Shown here in pieces: positions 38,253 through 48,800 of a DNA stretch of 64,000 nt; position 1 is the first letter of the stretch, and every line of letters begins with the position of its first letter. This stretch comes from an uncultured bacterium (lineage in GTDB: Bacteria > Pseudomonadota > Gammaproteobacteria > Burkholderiales > SG8-39), in the NCBI GenBank assembly GCA_965233125.1, contig CBDDRQ010000030.1, positions 16,419 through 80,418 of the forward strand, in the 5' to 3' direction. The position numbers and the translations under genes are program-made. The notes beneath the pieces were generated by a model, which was not told the origin of the DNA, ran no database searches, and was given only the letters and a program-made list of their open reading frames with translations.

Positions 38253-39322
38253 TATCTGTAGGGATCCCCAGTGAGCCACAGATGCATGGGATAGGCACCC
38301 TTACTATAGCTGGCTGCTAGGCTTTCCGCGTTCGCGATGTATCGAAGCGTCTCCAGATAAACAACCGGGAAGTCGCGCTCCATCGCAGCCATAAGAGCCC
38401 CGATCGCGGCACACTTGCTACCGATAGGTGAGAGGACAATAAGCGAGCCACCATGCGCTGCATAGACCCTATCGCGGGCGTCCGCAAGGCGAAGGAGCGT
38501 TCGATATAGGTCGAGCGGCTCTTCCTCCGCTGTATAGATATAGTTGCGGGGATCGACCTCCCACGTGCTCGCCAGCTCAGTCATGAACTCCTCAATAAGG
38601 ACATCTCCGCGGCGTGGACCCTTCGACGGAAAGGGCAGGACGGGACATGTCTCGGGGCCCTCGAGGAAGTCGAAGATCCGTCGCAGCGCCTCTTTCTTAC
38701 CTGTGACCAGTTGAGGCACCCAGAGCTTCGCGGCATCGGCCGAATCGGAAAGTGAGGCCCTACCGCCGAAGCCGGGCACATAGATGGCGTGATCGGCGTG
38801 CTCGGAGACGATTCGCTCGTCGAGGACCGGATCGGACATCACGAAAAGGTGGATGTTCCAGGGTGTATCGGCGTTATCAGCGCTGTGGACTAGTGAGCGA
38901 ACCAGCGGAAAGCTCATCCCGATCGAAAGCGCGCTCATGTCAACGGCGATATCTGTGAAATCGCTCAGGTTCTTGAACACTTCGGCGACGAGTTTGCGCC
39001 CGCCCACGACCGCTCCGTCTTCGGGATCGAAGACGTCGATCGTGAGCACGATGCTGTCTGGAAAGTTGTCTTTCAACACATCTTCATTGTCTTCTGCGCT
39101 CTGTTTGAGCGTTTCGGCTGGGTTTGCACGCTCTTCTCTAATAAAGATCGCGCGCCTCGGCACACCTGTAGCAGCCAGCCGTTGTGCCACGACGCTCGAG
39201 CGTGGGTCGAAGCCGGCGGCCGCAATTAGCAGCACCTTTCGGGCAGCGCCGAAGTAGGCCTGCATGAACTGAGCCGTAATGTCTTCCGGATGGAAGATGC
39301 ACCGTTCCCAGCGCGCCTTCAT
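38252..39322 (-). CDS. hypothetical protein (356 aa), alpha/beta-looking, no motif recognised
   Basis: ATG at 39322 overlaps the ATPase stop (ATGA). Rossmann-like opening KVLLIAAAGFDPRS. Fourth gene of the five-gene operon. Confidence 0.6.
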   Translation of the reverse strand: MKARWERCIFHPEDITAQFMQAYFGAARKVLLIAAAGFDPRSSVVAQRLAATGVPRRAIFIREERANPAETLKQSAEDNEDVLKDNFPDSIVLTIDVFDPEDGAVVGGRKLVAEVFKNLSDFTDIAVDMSALSIGMSFPLVRSLVHSADNADTPWNIHLFVMSDPVLDERIVSEHADHAIYVPGFGGRASLSDSADAAKLWVPQLVTGKKEALRRIFDFLEGPETCPVLPFPSKGPRRGDVLIEEFMTELASTWEVDPRNYIYTAEEEPLDLYRTLLRLADARDRVYAAHGGSLIVLSPIGSKCAAIGALMAAMERDFPVVYLETLRYIANAESLAASYSKGAYPMHLWLTGDPYR

Positions 39323-41250
39323 GTCTTCGACGGCTCGATGGCAGACAGCAGATCGGAAAGGCGACGTTCGAGGAAGCCGCCACGGCCCAATGTGAGCCCC
39401 CGCGCCAGCGAATAGGTTCCTGTGAGTTCGATAAGCGTCCAGACCTTCTTCTTCGTCCCGTAGTCGCGAATGATCCCGAAGATGTTGTAGGCCGTCCCGT
39501 ACTGGAGAATTCGGGCGAGGTCCCGGTTCGAATTCGGAATCTGATCGAACTCGTCCTGTGGGATCCCCCAGGCATTGGCGCCATGGCCCAAGGAGGCGTT
39601 CGGCTCCATGCTCTTTTCCAGGCATTGGGCAGCGACATGGTCAGCAAGCTTCAGCACTCGCGTGCGCTCAGGAAAGTCCTCTTCTTTGAGGATGCGATTT
39701 GCCCGCTCTTTTAGGAGCTTGCCTTGGATCGACGCCGACACGCGTGTCGTCCCGTCGCGGATTAACTGCGCTTCCAATTGCGTGACGAGTGGACTTGCCA
39801 GATGCAAGAAGCGCTCGGCGTTTTCGGAAGCCGCGTCGCAAAGGGCCTCGAACCCGTAGAACATCGGTCGGTCGTGCTGGTGGTACAGCTGAAGGCGTGC
39901 GCCGAGTTCGACATCCCGGCTCGCGCTGAGCGGGTTGTTGGGCTCTGGATCGCGCTCCTCGCCGAACAGGGCGCCCTGGGGTACGCGCCTCAGATAGCGT
40001 TCTAGCAGGATTCGCTCCATGGCGGCCCGCAGGTCGGGCGTATCGACGCGCTTGATCCTAGCGCTTTCACTAGCGAAGTATTGGTCCACGGCCCCGCTGA
40101 TTTCGCGCCGGCGTTCTTGGCCGATCTGCAGCCGCTGTGTCGTTGCAATGGAATCTGTCAGAGCGCGCAGCTTGCCGCTAGGAAGCTGGGGCGGATCGGT
40201 TTCCAGGAGCTGTTCGAGATTGGTAAAATGCCTTCGCGCGAACACGGGCATCTGGGCCAAATATCGACGAGCCATGTCCGAGGCGATGCGCCGGAAGTCT
40301 AGACGTGCACGCTTACGGTCGGTATCGGTGTGGCCTTGCATCCAGATCACGGCCGTTTCGCGCCGGATATCAAGCCCCGGGGAATCGCTCATGACGCCAT
40401 TGTCAGGTCTGAGGACTTCGTGCGGCCGCAAGGCGTCGAGCCGCATAAGGATCCAGCGGCCGATGCGTAGCTCACGACGCGCAAGCCAGCGCACCAGTGC
40501 CTCCAGCTGCCGCGGATGCAGGATATTGGCGTCATCGCAGATGAGCAGGGGCCTTAACCGGATCTTGTCCTCCACACCCGGGATTTCAAAGGCCTCAATT
40601 ACATCGAAGGGGTTGTAGGCGGCCGTCGCTGCCTGCGGCAAGCGATCGGCGGGCGGCGGGGAGAGGCTTGCCGTCACGGCATAGGTTTCGCGCTCGACTC
40701 CCTTTGCGACCTCCCGCACCTTTTCAAGCTCTGTCCCGCCGATGGCCTCCAGTGCAGCCGCGGCATCCACACGTGGAACCAGCGTTATCCGGTGGAGTGC
40801 GAATCCCGCCTGCTCGAATCCACGGAGCCAAGCCAGTACAGTGCGTGATTGGATGAGTGAAAAGAGCAGTTTGTTCTTCACATCGTCGCTGTACGGCAAG
40901 TCCCAACACCCGCGGTACCCCGACTCCATCGGTATTCGGCAACCGGCGACCGCTGGTTTTGAACCATCGACCAAAGCGCCACATTTCGTAAGAGCATCGG
41001 TGAGCGAAGCGTGCTGATCCAGCGATTCCGTCTTGACGAGTGTCGTGAGCGTAGGAAACGTAAAAAGCCGAGCAAGGGTGGTCTTGCCGCTTCCTGGAGC
41101 GCCAATAAGCAGTACGAGACGCTCCAACAGGCTCTTGGTCTTGGCGTAACTCTCGAGGAACGTGAGAAGCGGCTCCGGCGTCACGTACGGAAGGAACGCC
41201 AAGTCGTCGCGGATGTATTCGGAGGCGCGCTTTTCGAACGGATTCATCAC
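39319..41250 (-). CDS. P-loop NTPase (643 aa)
   Basis: Walker A LLIGAPGSGKTTLA and Walker B-like LLICDDANIL. Large C-terminal helical region. Confidence 0.75.
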   Translation of the reverse strand: MMNPFEKRASEYIRDDLAFLPYVTPEPLLTFLESYAKTKSLLERLVLLIGAPGSGKTTLARLFTFPTLTTLVKTESLDQHASLTDALTKCGALVDGSKPAVAGCRIPMESGYRGCWDLPYSDDVKNKLLFSLIQSRTVLAWLRGFEQAGFALHRITLVPRVDAAAALEAIGGTELEKVREVAKGVERETYAVTASLSPPPADRLPQAATAAYNPFDVIEAFEIPGVEDKIRLRPLLICDDANILHPRQLEALVRWLARRELRIGRWILMRLDALRPHEVLRPDNGVMSDSPGLDIRRETAVIWMQGHTDTDRKRARLDFRRIASDMARRYLAQMPVFARRHFTNLEQLLETDPPQLPSGKLRALTDSIATTQRLQIGQERRREISGAVDQYFASESARIKRVDTPDLRAAMERILLERYLRRVPQGALFGEERDPEPNNPLSASRDVELGARLQLYHQHDRPMFYGFEALCDAASENAERFLHLASPLVTQLEAQLIRDGTTRVSASIQGKLLKERANRILKEEDFPERTRVLKLADHVAAQCLEKSMEPNASLGHGANAWGIPQDEFDQIPNSNRDLARILQYGTAYNIFGIIRDYGTKKKVWTLIELTGTYSLARGLTLGRGGFLERRLSDLLSAIEPSKT

Positions 41251-41256
41251 ACGAGG

Positions 41257-42378
41257 TTAGCTGTGCCGCTGCCGTCGACGAAAGAGCGGTCGCATTTCGG
41301 GATGCAGAACACCCTCCACGAGTTTGGCCTCGGCCTCCGCCCAGAGGATAGCAAGCGAGTTATTGGGCGTGTTGTGATCGAGCACGAGCGGAAGGGCGCA
41401 GCCCGCATAGCCCAACCCCAAGTGCTTCACACCCCCCTTGTCGGTGTGGGGAGTCTGGATTGAGGCATTGTAATAACGCTGAGTAAGCGCCACGATAGCC
41501 GCATCGGCCGGGCGATTAGGATCGATCCCATCGCTCGCCGGGATGATCGCGCCGAAGCTTATCTCGGGAGACTCGAGTTTCAATTTCGATCGCGCTTTCT
41601 CGATCGTACTCGGAGCTGAAAAGCTTGCGTTCTCCGTTGCGAGGTAGTGGTGCACACAAAGCTTCCAGTCGGCGCCGACAACGTCCACTCCGTCTTCCTT
41701 GGCCGCTGCGAGTGAAACGAGAAATCGGCAGAGCTTGCCGGTCCAACGATCCTTGTCTGCATCCCAACGCAGGAACGAACTGCCGGAACCCATGAAGTCG
41801 TCGACGAGATAGATCACATCAAAAGTTGCCGTAGGGCCGGCTACCTTTTGAAGGTCGGAGAGCAGATCTGCCCACTTGTAGGAATCAACCTGCGTCTGGA
41901 CCACGAACTGCTCGTTCGTGAGGATGCCCACGGTCGAATGTCGCAAGATGTCGATTCGTGCGCCATCGCTAAGCCCCATGATAAGGGTTCGGCGGCGGAG
42001 GGCGTCGAGCTTCTCGCGCAACTCCGGAACGGCTTGAACCTTGTAGTGAGGCACGCCTTCCCGTGCCGCGACTAATCCGATCAAATAGCGCTCCATGCGC
42101 GTCGGGAAGAAGAGCTCCACGAGTCGCATCATTTCTGCAGGGCCCACGTAGATGAGCCTCTCGCGCAGCAGCGCATACGCTGTTTCCCGATGGACCGGAT
42201 CAAACTGCTGCAACCACGCCGCGAGGCTTTCGAGAAAACGCATCCCTGCCAGAAAGTCCCGATATCCGTCGTACTTGACGCTCGCCATCATCCGAAGCCA
42301 TGCGAACTCGTGGGAAGCCCGCTCGGCTTCCCACGACATGACTTGGCTCAAGATTCGGAGTGCGCGCGTATATTCCAC
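41257..42378 (-). CDS. phosphoribosyltransferase (PRTase)-like protein
   Basis: PRPP-loop-like motif FDVIYLVDDFMGSGSSF (hydrophobic strand, DD, then a small-residue loop). N-terminal helical extension. Confidence 0.6.
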   Translation of the reverse strand: MEYTRALRILSQVMSWEAERASHEFAWLRMMASVKYDGYRDFLAGMRFLESLAAWLQQFDPVHRETAYALLRERLIYVGPAEMMRLVELFFPTRMERYLIGLVAAREGVPHYKVQAVPELREKLDALRRRTLIMGLSDGARIDILRHSTVGILTNEQFVVQTQVDSYKWADLLSDLQKVAGPTATFDVIYLVDDFMGSGSSFLRWDADKDRWTGKLCRFLVSLAAAKEDGVDVVGADWKLCVHHYLATENASFSAPSTIEKARSKLKLESPEISFGAIIPASDGIDPNRPADAAIVALTQRYYNASIQTPHTDKGGVKHLGLGYAGCALPLVLDHNTPNNSLAILWAEAEAKLVEGVLHPEMRPLFRRRQRHS

Positions 42379-42381
42379 GGC

Positions 42382-44307
42382 TTAGCCGAGCGGCAACTGG
42401 ACCCGTCCCTCGCGCACGGCCTTCAGATACCACACCGTGCCGGCGGCGCCGACAAGACCCGCGGGCAGCAGATTCCAGCAGGTGCGGAGGTCGGGCGAGA
42501 CGTCATCAACGCTCAAGGAACTCGGCAGTGCAAGCAGTTCGGAATCGTTGCCAGGCCAACGTCCCCGGTCGCCGATCTTGATGCAATCGCCAGCGGCGCG
42601 CTCCTGGAGATTCGAGACGACGGCTACTTTCGTCACATCGAGCGGCAGGATGTCAAGCGAATGGCTCGAATGCACTGCCTTGACGTCGTGATGCCCCGCA
42701 CGTGCCAAGATCTCAGCCACCCTGAACCACAAGTCCCGCTCGCGCAAGTCCACATGGCGAGCTTCTACCGTGATTTGAGTCGGCCGCAGCTCCCGTCTCC
42801 AGTGCCCGACTTCTGGGTCGGCCTTCAATGTGGCCTCGACCCGCTCGAGCGCTGGCCGCAATGGCCCCTCGCTCATGCCGTCGGGGGATTCTGCAAGCGT
42901 TCGTATCACCCCAGCGTTGTAATAGCCAATTAGCACTCTAGATCGAAGTGCTTCGGGGATGCAGCCGACTAGGGACTTGTGCACAGATTTCCCACGGCCG
43001 GTTGCGATTCCCACGTCGATTCCTTCTTCGAGGAGGCGCACGAGCTCCTTAGCCACTGCTTCCGATACCGGGCCGAAGCGATCACGAGTATTGACTAACG
43101 TGCCATCAAAATCGAGAACGATCGAACGAACATTCAGGCGGCCGAGTTCGGCGAGGAAACCTTCCAAAGCGCTCTCGTAGGAGGTCAGCCGACCTTCCCG
43201 TTTCAAGCGGCTCCGCGATCGGCTGGACTTGATTTCCACAGCACGGCGACGCCGTTCTCGCCCGACAGTGAGTCCTTTAGGTCCTAGCCCATAGAGGTGC
43301 GATCCCCAGTCAGGGACGCCGGGACGGCCGGGATTGCGGCCAATCACTTCCGCAGCCGCGGACGCTAGCTCCATCGAGGCGATGACGCCGTCCATGACGG
43401 CGGCACATGGCTCCGTATCAAAGCCCCAATGATGTACAGCCACGTCGGCCGGCAGGAGCGCCATGGTGGTCTCAGCCAACTCGCGGCTTTCGTTTGTGGA
43501 TAGCACTAGCACAACGGATCGTGCGGCGCGCTTGGCAAGCCAGACATGGCGGCCATGCGCAAAATTGCGAAGGTCACTCACCTGGACATTACCCAGCGCC
43601 GATTCTGAAAATCGCGATTCGATGTCGATGGCAACCGGCTTCTGTGCAGCATCGTGGATCACGATCAATGTCTTCGAATCGAGCGAGGCGGCGAAGCTCA
43701 AGTCCATGCGCCCAGTGGCCTGGGCGGCTTCCATTGGTTCGCCGAAGAGGCGTCCGAGTAACACCATGAAGGCGACCAAGGAATTGGTGGCGAGGAAGCC
43801 ATCCTTGCCACTAGGCACCGAGAACTCCATCAATGTCGCACTCGCATGATCGCGGGCTCGGGACGCAAGAGGGGAATCTCGCTGCGCGCACATCACGAAC
43901 ACGTGGGTCGCATGCCGATCGAGGGCTGCCTCCCAAGCAGCGAGAATATCCGGATTGGAGCCTCCGGCGCTGAGAAGCCAGACATCCGAGTCTTTGAGCG
44001 TTTCTAGTGCCAGGAATTCCAATGGCGTGCGGACGGCAGCCGGGCGTCCATGGCGACGCTGGTATAGCTCCGTCGCGAAATGCGCGGCCGCAAGTGATCC
44101 TCCCGAGGCAACGACGATTGCGGGGGCGGAGCTGGAGCGCTTCGTTGCCTCAATCCAGCGGGCGATATCCAGCGAGGCAGCCCAAGCTCGCGTCGCGCTC
44201 AAGTGCGCGAGCTCATCCCGGTAGTCACGCCCCATGCGAGAGGACTCTACATGCGGGCGGAAGGCCAAGTCCAACGGAGTCCCCTGCCACGGAGCGAGTC
44301 TGGGCAA
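42382..44307 (-). CDS. fusion protein: N-terminal SIS (sugar isomerase/sugar-phosphate binding) domains plus a C-terminal HAD-IIB (Cof-like) phosphatase
   Basis: SIS-like IVVASGGSLAAAHFA ... DVWLLSAGGSNPDIL. HAD motif I IVLDFDGTLV, motif II GIATGRG, motif IV GDRGRWPGNDSELL. The track start is TTG, and an ATG alternative lies at 44235. Confidence 0.65.
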   Translation of the reverse strand: MPRLAPWQGTPLDLAFRPHVESSRMGRDYRDELAHLSATRAWAASLDIARWIEATKRSSSAPAIVVASGGSLAAAHFATELYQRRHGRPAAVRTPLEFLALETLKDSDVWLLSAGGSNPDILAAWEAALDRHATHVFVMCAQRDSPLASRARDHASATLMEFSVPSGKDGFLATNSLVAFMVLLGRLFGEPMEAAQATGRMDLSFAASLDSKTLIVIHDAAQKPVAIDIESRFSESALGNVQVSDLRNFAHGRHVWLAKRAARSVVLVLSTNESRELAETTMALLPADVAVHHWGFDTEPCAAVMDGVIASMELASAAAEVIGRNPGRPGVPDWGSHLYGLGPKGLTVGRERRRRAVEIKSSRSRSRLKREGRLTSYESALEGFLAELGRLNVRSIVLDFDGTLVNTRDRFGPVSEAVAKELVRLLEEGIDVGIATGRGKSVHKSLVGCIPEALRSRVLIGYYNAGVIRTLAESPDGMSEGPLRPALERVEATLKADPEVGHWRRELRPTQITVEARHVDLRERDLWFRVAEILARAGHHDVKAVHSSHSLDILPLDVTKVAVVSNLQERAAGDCIKIGDRGRWPGNDSELLALPSSLSVDDVSPDLRTCWNLLPAGLVGAAGTVWYLKAVREGRVQLPLG

Positions 44308-45135
44308 GGGTGCTCATCGTCCGAAAGGCGAAAACGAAGACATTGCAGCTCATTGGCAGATATTAGACTGGAGGGCGCTCACCAGATGAGCCAGCAGGCT
44401 CATCGGCAGAGCATTCGCGACACTGACAAAGAGCAAAGTTGGCATTCTAGAGCAGCGACTCCTAAGTCCGCTTTGGGTCGAAAGCGGACAGTAGCCTGTC
44501 GTGCAACAGTGGCGCGCCTGGCATGCCTCCGGAGGAAGCTTGCGGATCAGACTCAGAAAGTCGAACGGGTGTACGGCTTCGCAAGGTATGCGGTAGCCCC
44601 GGGCAGCTTTCGCTCGTCGAGCGCGATATAACTCATATCCTTTCCAGCTCGCGAATCGCGACAATCAACCGCTCGCGCGCGGCGGTCAGGTCCTTCATGC
44701 GGCGCTCACGAGCGCGCCGGCGGCGCGGCGCTCGTAGGCGTTCAGCACGCCATCCAGTGCCATCGCCTCTTCGAAATAGTCGGCGTCGGTGGCGCTCATG
44801 CACGGGCCCTGTGAGGGGGCGTTACGAGGGTAGAGGCCAGCAAATCCGGGCATCTAGCGCAGCGCATCGGTGCCGCCTAGCGGCCTGGTTTCGCACTGTG
44901 TTTCATACTAGGCTCTCCGGATCGACCTCGACCTCGTCCTCGGCCGGGGGCGGCAGCAGGCGCTGGCGCAGCTCGGCGTCGAGGGCGGGCTCGACCAGCG
45001 CGCCGCGGAGCTGCGCGAGCAGACGTGCAGCGGCGAGTGGGTCGGCCTGGGCGGCAGGGGCTCCTTAGGGTCGCCGTCGGCATGGTTAGATTCCTGGGAG
45101 GTGTATCGCCCCGGCTTATCGGCGATCTTGAGCAT

Positions 45136-45609
45136 CTATGGTTTTCGCACGAGCTCTTGGTATGCGCTAAGGAGCACGGCGTTGACCTTGCGATCTATTG
45201 CGTCAAGTTCATCCCGAAGGCGCGAGAAAGTCCGCCAGTGCATGCCAGCGGGTTTCGAGCGGTCCGCACCCAAGCGCGCCGCCAGCTTGCGCCTACGCCG
45301 CATCCAGGCGAGCGCATCCGGTTCGCATTCGACGGCGTACGCGAGATCCAAGCACGTTCGGCAGGCGAAGTGCCAGTCATCCGCCGGCCGATACAGATGT
45401 ACACAACGGCGGCCGCAGTCAGGGCACAGGAAGTACTGGCGCTCCCCGCCGAAGTGGCAGGGGACCTGCTCGAGAGCGACAACGTCATCCCCAATATCCA
45501 CCGTCAGTGAGTTCGACCACGTCGGCTGCACGCCAGCGCGCTCGCAGGATTCGATCTTCCGCCGCCAACCCGGGCGGCCTGCCCCACAACGTTGACCGCC
45601 CCGGCTCAT
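45136..45609 (-). CDS. hypothetical zinc-ribbon protein (157 aa)
   Basis: CPDCGRRC...CRTC four-Cys arrangement. Its position upstream of the primase is typical of small accessory genes of integrative elements. Confidence 0.5.
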   Translation of the reverse strand: MSRGGQRCGAGRPGWRRKIESCERAGVQPTWSNSLTVDIGDDVVALEQVPCHFGGERQYFLCPDCGRRCVHLYRPADDWHFACRTCLDLAYAVECEPDALAWMRRRRKLAARLGADRSKPAGMHWRTFSRLRDELDAIDRKVNAVLLSAYQELVRKP

Positions 45610-45832
45610 CGATAACGGAATCCCAAATGGTTAGCAGAGTTGCATGGCTCGCGCGGAGATGAAGTTCCGACCGCCGGGTCCAGGACATTACAGCCGGCTG
45701 GAGGATGGAAGGTTATGGAGGATTCTCCTAAGATCATTTACACAGCCCCCAAAAACGCCCTATACAGAACTATCCTAGGAAAACCCTCCACGATCCTCCA
45801 TCCTCCAGCCGTTGGTGGTGGGGCGCAGCGCA

Positions 45833-48800
45833 TCAGACGAGCCTCTGTCTCAGCGGGTACAGGTTGCCTTTTTGCGCCTCTTTGACCCGGTACCCACGCC
45901 GCTGCAGCGCTTGTGAGAACGCCTTCTGCGTGTCCGGCGACTCATCCTCTTCGCGCTCGCGACACCACGCCCGGAACGCGTCGAACAGCACCCCCGCAGG
46001 CGTGCCTTGCCGCTCCTCGCAGCGCTCGTAGTCTTCGAGCCACTGCCCGAGCAAGTCCTGCTCGCGGAAGTAATCACGCGTGCGAGCCACGATCTCGGGC
46101 GGCGGCTGCAGCCCTTCCTTCGCGTACAGGACCGCACCCTCCACGCTCCAGACGAGGATGCCTTCCTCCTCGGCCTTCAGCTTCTCCGCCAGTTCCTTAT
46201 CGCCGTCGGGGAGCGCGGGGTTGTACTCGGTGGTGGCGGGCCGGTTCCACTGGCGGTCGAACGGCATCAGGTGCAGGCGCCCGCGAATGGCGTCATCTAA
46301 GTGCTCGATCCGGGGCTGGGAGTTCGTTGGCAGCAGCAGCTTGTGCGTGATATCGAAGGTGATGTTGTTCTCGCGCATCAACCGGCCCGTCAGCTTGTTG
46401 TCCCCGGTGTGGCGCTTCACAATCTCCGGGTCCAGACGCTGGCCGGGCTTTGACTCGCTCGAAATTGCCAATCTCGCGCCGGCCAACGAGGCCGTCGTGG
46501 GCGTCGGGCGCTCGGCATCGACGTCGAAGCGCGTCACCATCAGCGCAGCGGGCGGTATGTTGACGACGTAGTCACCACCAATCGACTGGAACCGGTCGAT
46601 TGCAGCATTCTTGCCATTGGACCCGTAGCCGATGGCGAAGAACATAAGGTGCTCGCGCGTCACGCCGGTGAGGCAGTACCCAAACATGCGCTGCACGTAC
46701 ACGGCTAGCTGCGGGCGCTTCCTGTATCGGCCGACGCTCGCCGGGTCGAGTTTGCCATTGCGGTCGTACTCTACTGGGGTCGGGGAGCCCGTCACCTCGT
46801 CGATGAACAGCACCCAGCGCGGACACTTCGCCGTTGGTCTGTAGGCCACCGAGCAGCGCTTCGTCACGAAGTCATCGCGCCCCTCGGGCCGCAACGTGCC
46901 GGTGCGCAAGTCCACCACGCCGTTCTGGACGCCGAGCAGCCAAGGATCGCGGTCCAGTTCCGTGGCCGAGATGGCGATGCCCTTGGCCTTGCTCAGAAAG
47001 TCGAGCATCGCCGACACTGCCTTGCGGCTGCGGCAGTTGTGCGCCCACGCCATCAGCTCTTTGGCGCTCTTCTTGATTTTCTTGTTGGTGCCCTCGTCGT
47101 TGGCGTTCTGCGCGCTGATCTTCCGCGCTTTGTCCTTGTAGTACCGCGACACGCGCAGCGCCTGCCGATGAGCGTGTGCGCTCCCGACGTCGACGAGCCA
47201 CTTCTCACCATTCCAGAAAATCCACTCCTTGCGTTCGAGCACGTAACGGAGGTTTCCTTTGGTGATCGAGCGCAGCAGGTTGGCGTTGCCGGCGTCGGTC
47301 CAGTCTGTAGTTGTGTCGTCGAAGTCGGTGTCCGGCACAGGCTCTGGCTTGGGCGCCGGCATCGGCATCTCGATGCCGAGCTTCCTGACGCGCTCGACCA
47401 GCGCCGCGGTTTCCTTTTCGGCGAGCCCGGCGGCGGCGATCTTCTCCCGCGCCGCTTGTGGTCCGCTGACCAGCGCCTCGTCCGCGATCTCGGCTTCGAT
47501 CTCCGCGTCGAGGTCCGCGAACTCGTCCAGCACCGACTTCCGCGCGAGCTCGTAGCGCAGGCCGCCGTGGGCGTGCGAGTAGATGTATGGGCGCCCGCCC
47601 TGCAGGTTCGCGTACGCGATGCGCCCGTCGCCGCGGTACCCGGGCTCGATGGGGTCAGCGAAGTGCTTGCCGTGCCATGTGCCAGGATCGTCGAGGACTT
47701 CCCCGACCGTGACCACCACGCCGTCTTTCGACACAAGCTGGAACTCGGCGGTCAGCTCCTGCCCCTCGGTCGCCGCGCGCGCGATCTCTCTTGCACGCTC
47801 GGGGGCGACGCCGCGCTTCGCCAGCCGGGCAACATGCTGCTCCACCCAGGCCTGGCTCACGCGCTCAGCTTCCTCGCCGCGAAGCGCGCGGGCGGTGCGG
47901 CGTAGGTCTTCGACGTCTTTGTGCTCTTGCGGCGTGAGGTCCGCAATCCGGCGCGTGTCGAACAGCACATTGGGATCGCCCCAGATGCGCGGCTCGGGGC
48001 GGCGCTGCTCCAGCGGCGGGACGCACATCGCGCCCGCGGCGAAGTCCAAGCGCTCGGGCTGCCCGACGCTCGCGTCGATGATGTTGCGATCCAGCAGTCG
48101 GCCGCTGCCGGACACGATGAAGCATCCGAACCCGGCGAGCCACAAGCGCTCGTAGATCACCGCCAGCACGCGCGGGATGTCGCGGCCGTCGACCACCGGG
48201 ATGTAGATGCGCTGGCCGCGCAGCGGGATCACCACCTCATCCTCGTCGGCGTTCACGATGTAACTGGAGGAACTGGCGGTCCACATCATGGGTGCGTGCG
48301 CGAGCTCGGGCTCCGCCTTGAGCAGCACGGCGCGCAGCGTCTCGGGGGTGTAGATACCTTCGACGTGCTCGGCATCGTGGTCCAGCATCAGGATGGCGGG
48401 CCCGGCGGGCCACGAGAAGTTCTCGTTCGTGCGGGCCAGCGACCCGGGGTACGCGGCCTGCTCGTCCTTGGTGACCAGCGACACCGACTTTTTGGTCGTG
48501 ATGCCGTACGCGAGTGCCTGCTTGTGCGTCAGGCTCGCCAGGAGCTCCGTGAGCCCTTCGAGCCCGTCGACCTTGATGCGATCCGCGCGGCCGCGCTTAA
48601 GGAAGGCCCGCGTCGACTTGGTGAGCTTGCCGTCCTTCAGCCAGAACTTTTTAGCGAGCAAGCCACTATCGTTCGTGATGCGCGTGACGGTGAAGGGCTG
48701 CGACTCGTCCACGGGCTCGGCCGGCTTGCGCTCGGTCGGCTTGGGCCCTGTGGCTAGTCCTGCGGGCGTCTGGGCGACGGGCGACGACGGGCCGACCGGC

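Noticed and set aside
44203-44664. 142-aa (plus strand) and 104-aa (minus strand) ORFs between the five-gene operon and the primase module
   Set aside because: They mutually overlap, are Cys/Arg-rich or low-complexity, and have no RBS. The region more plausibly holds the operon promoter and the micro-ORFs noted separately.
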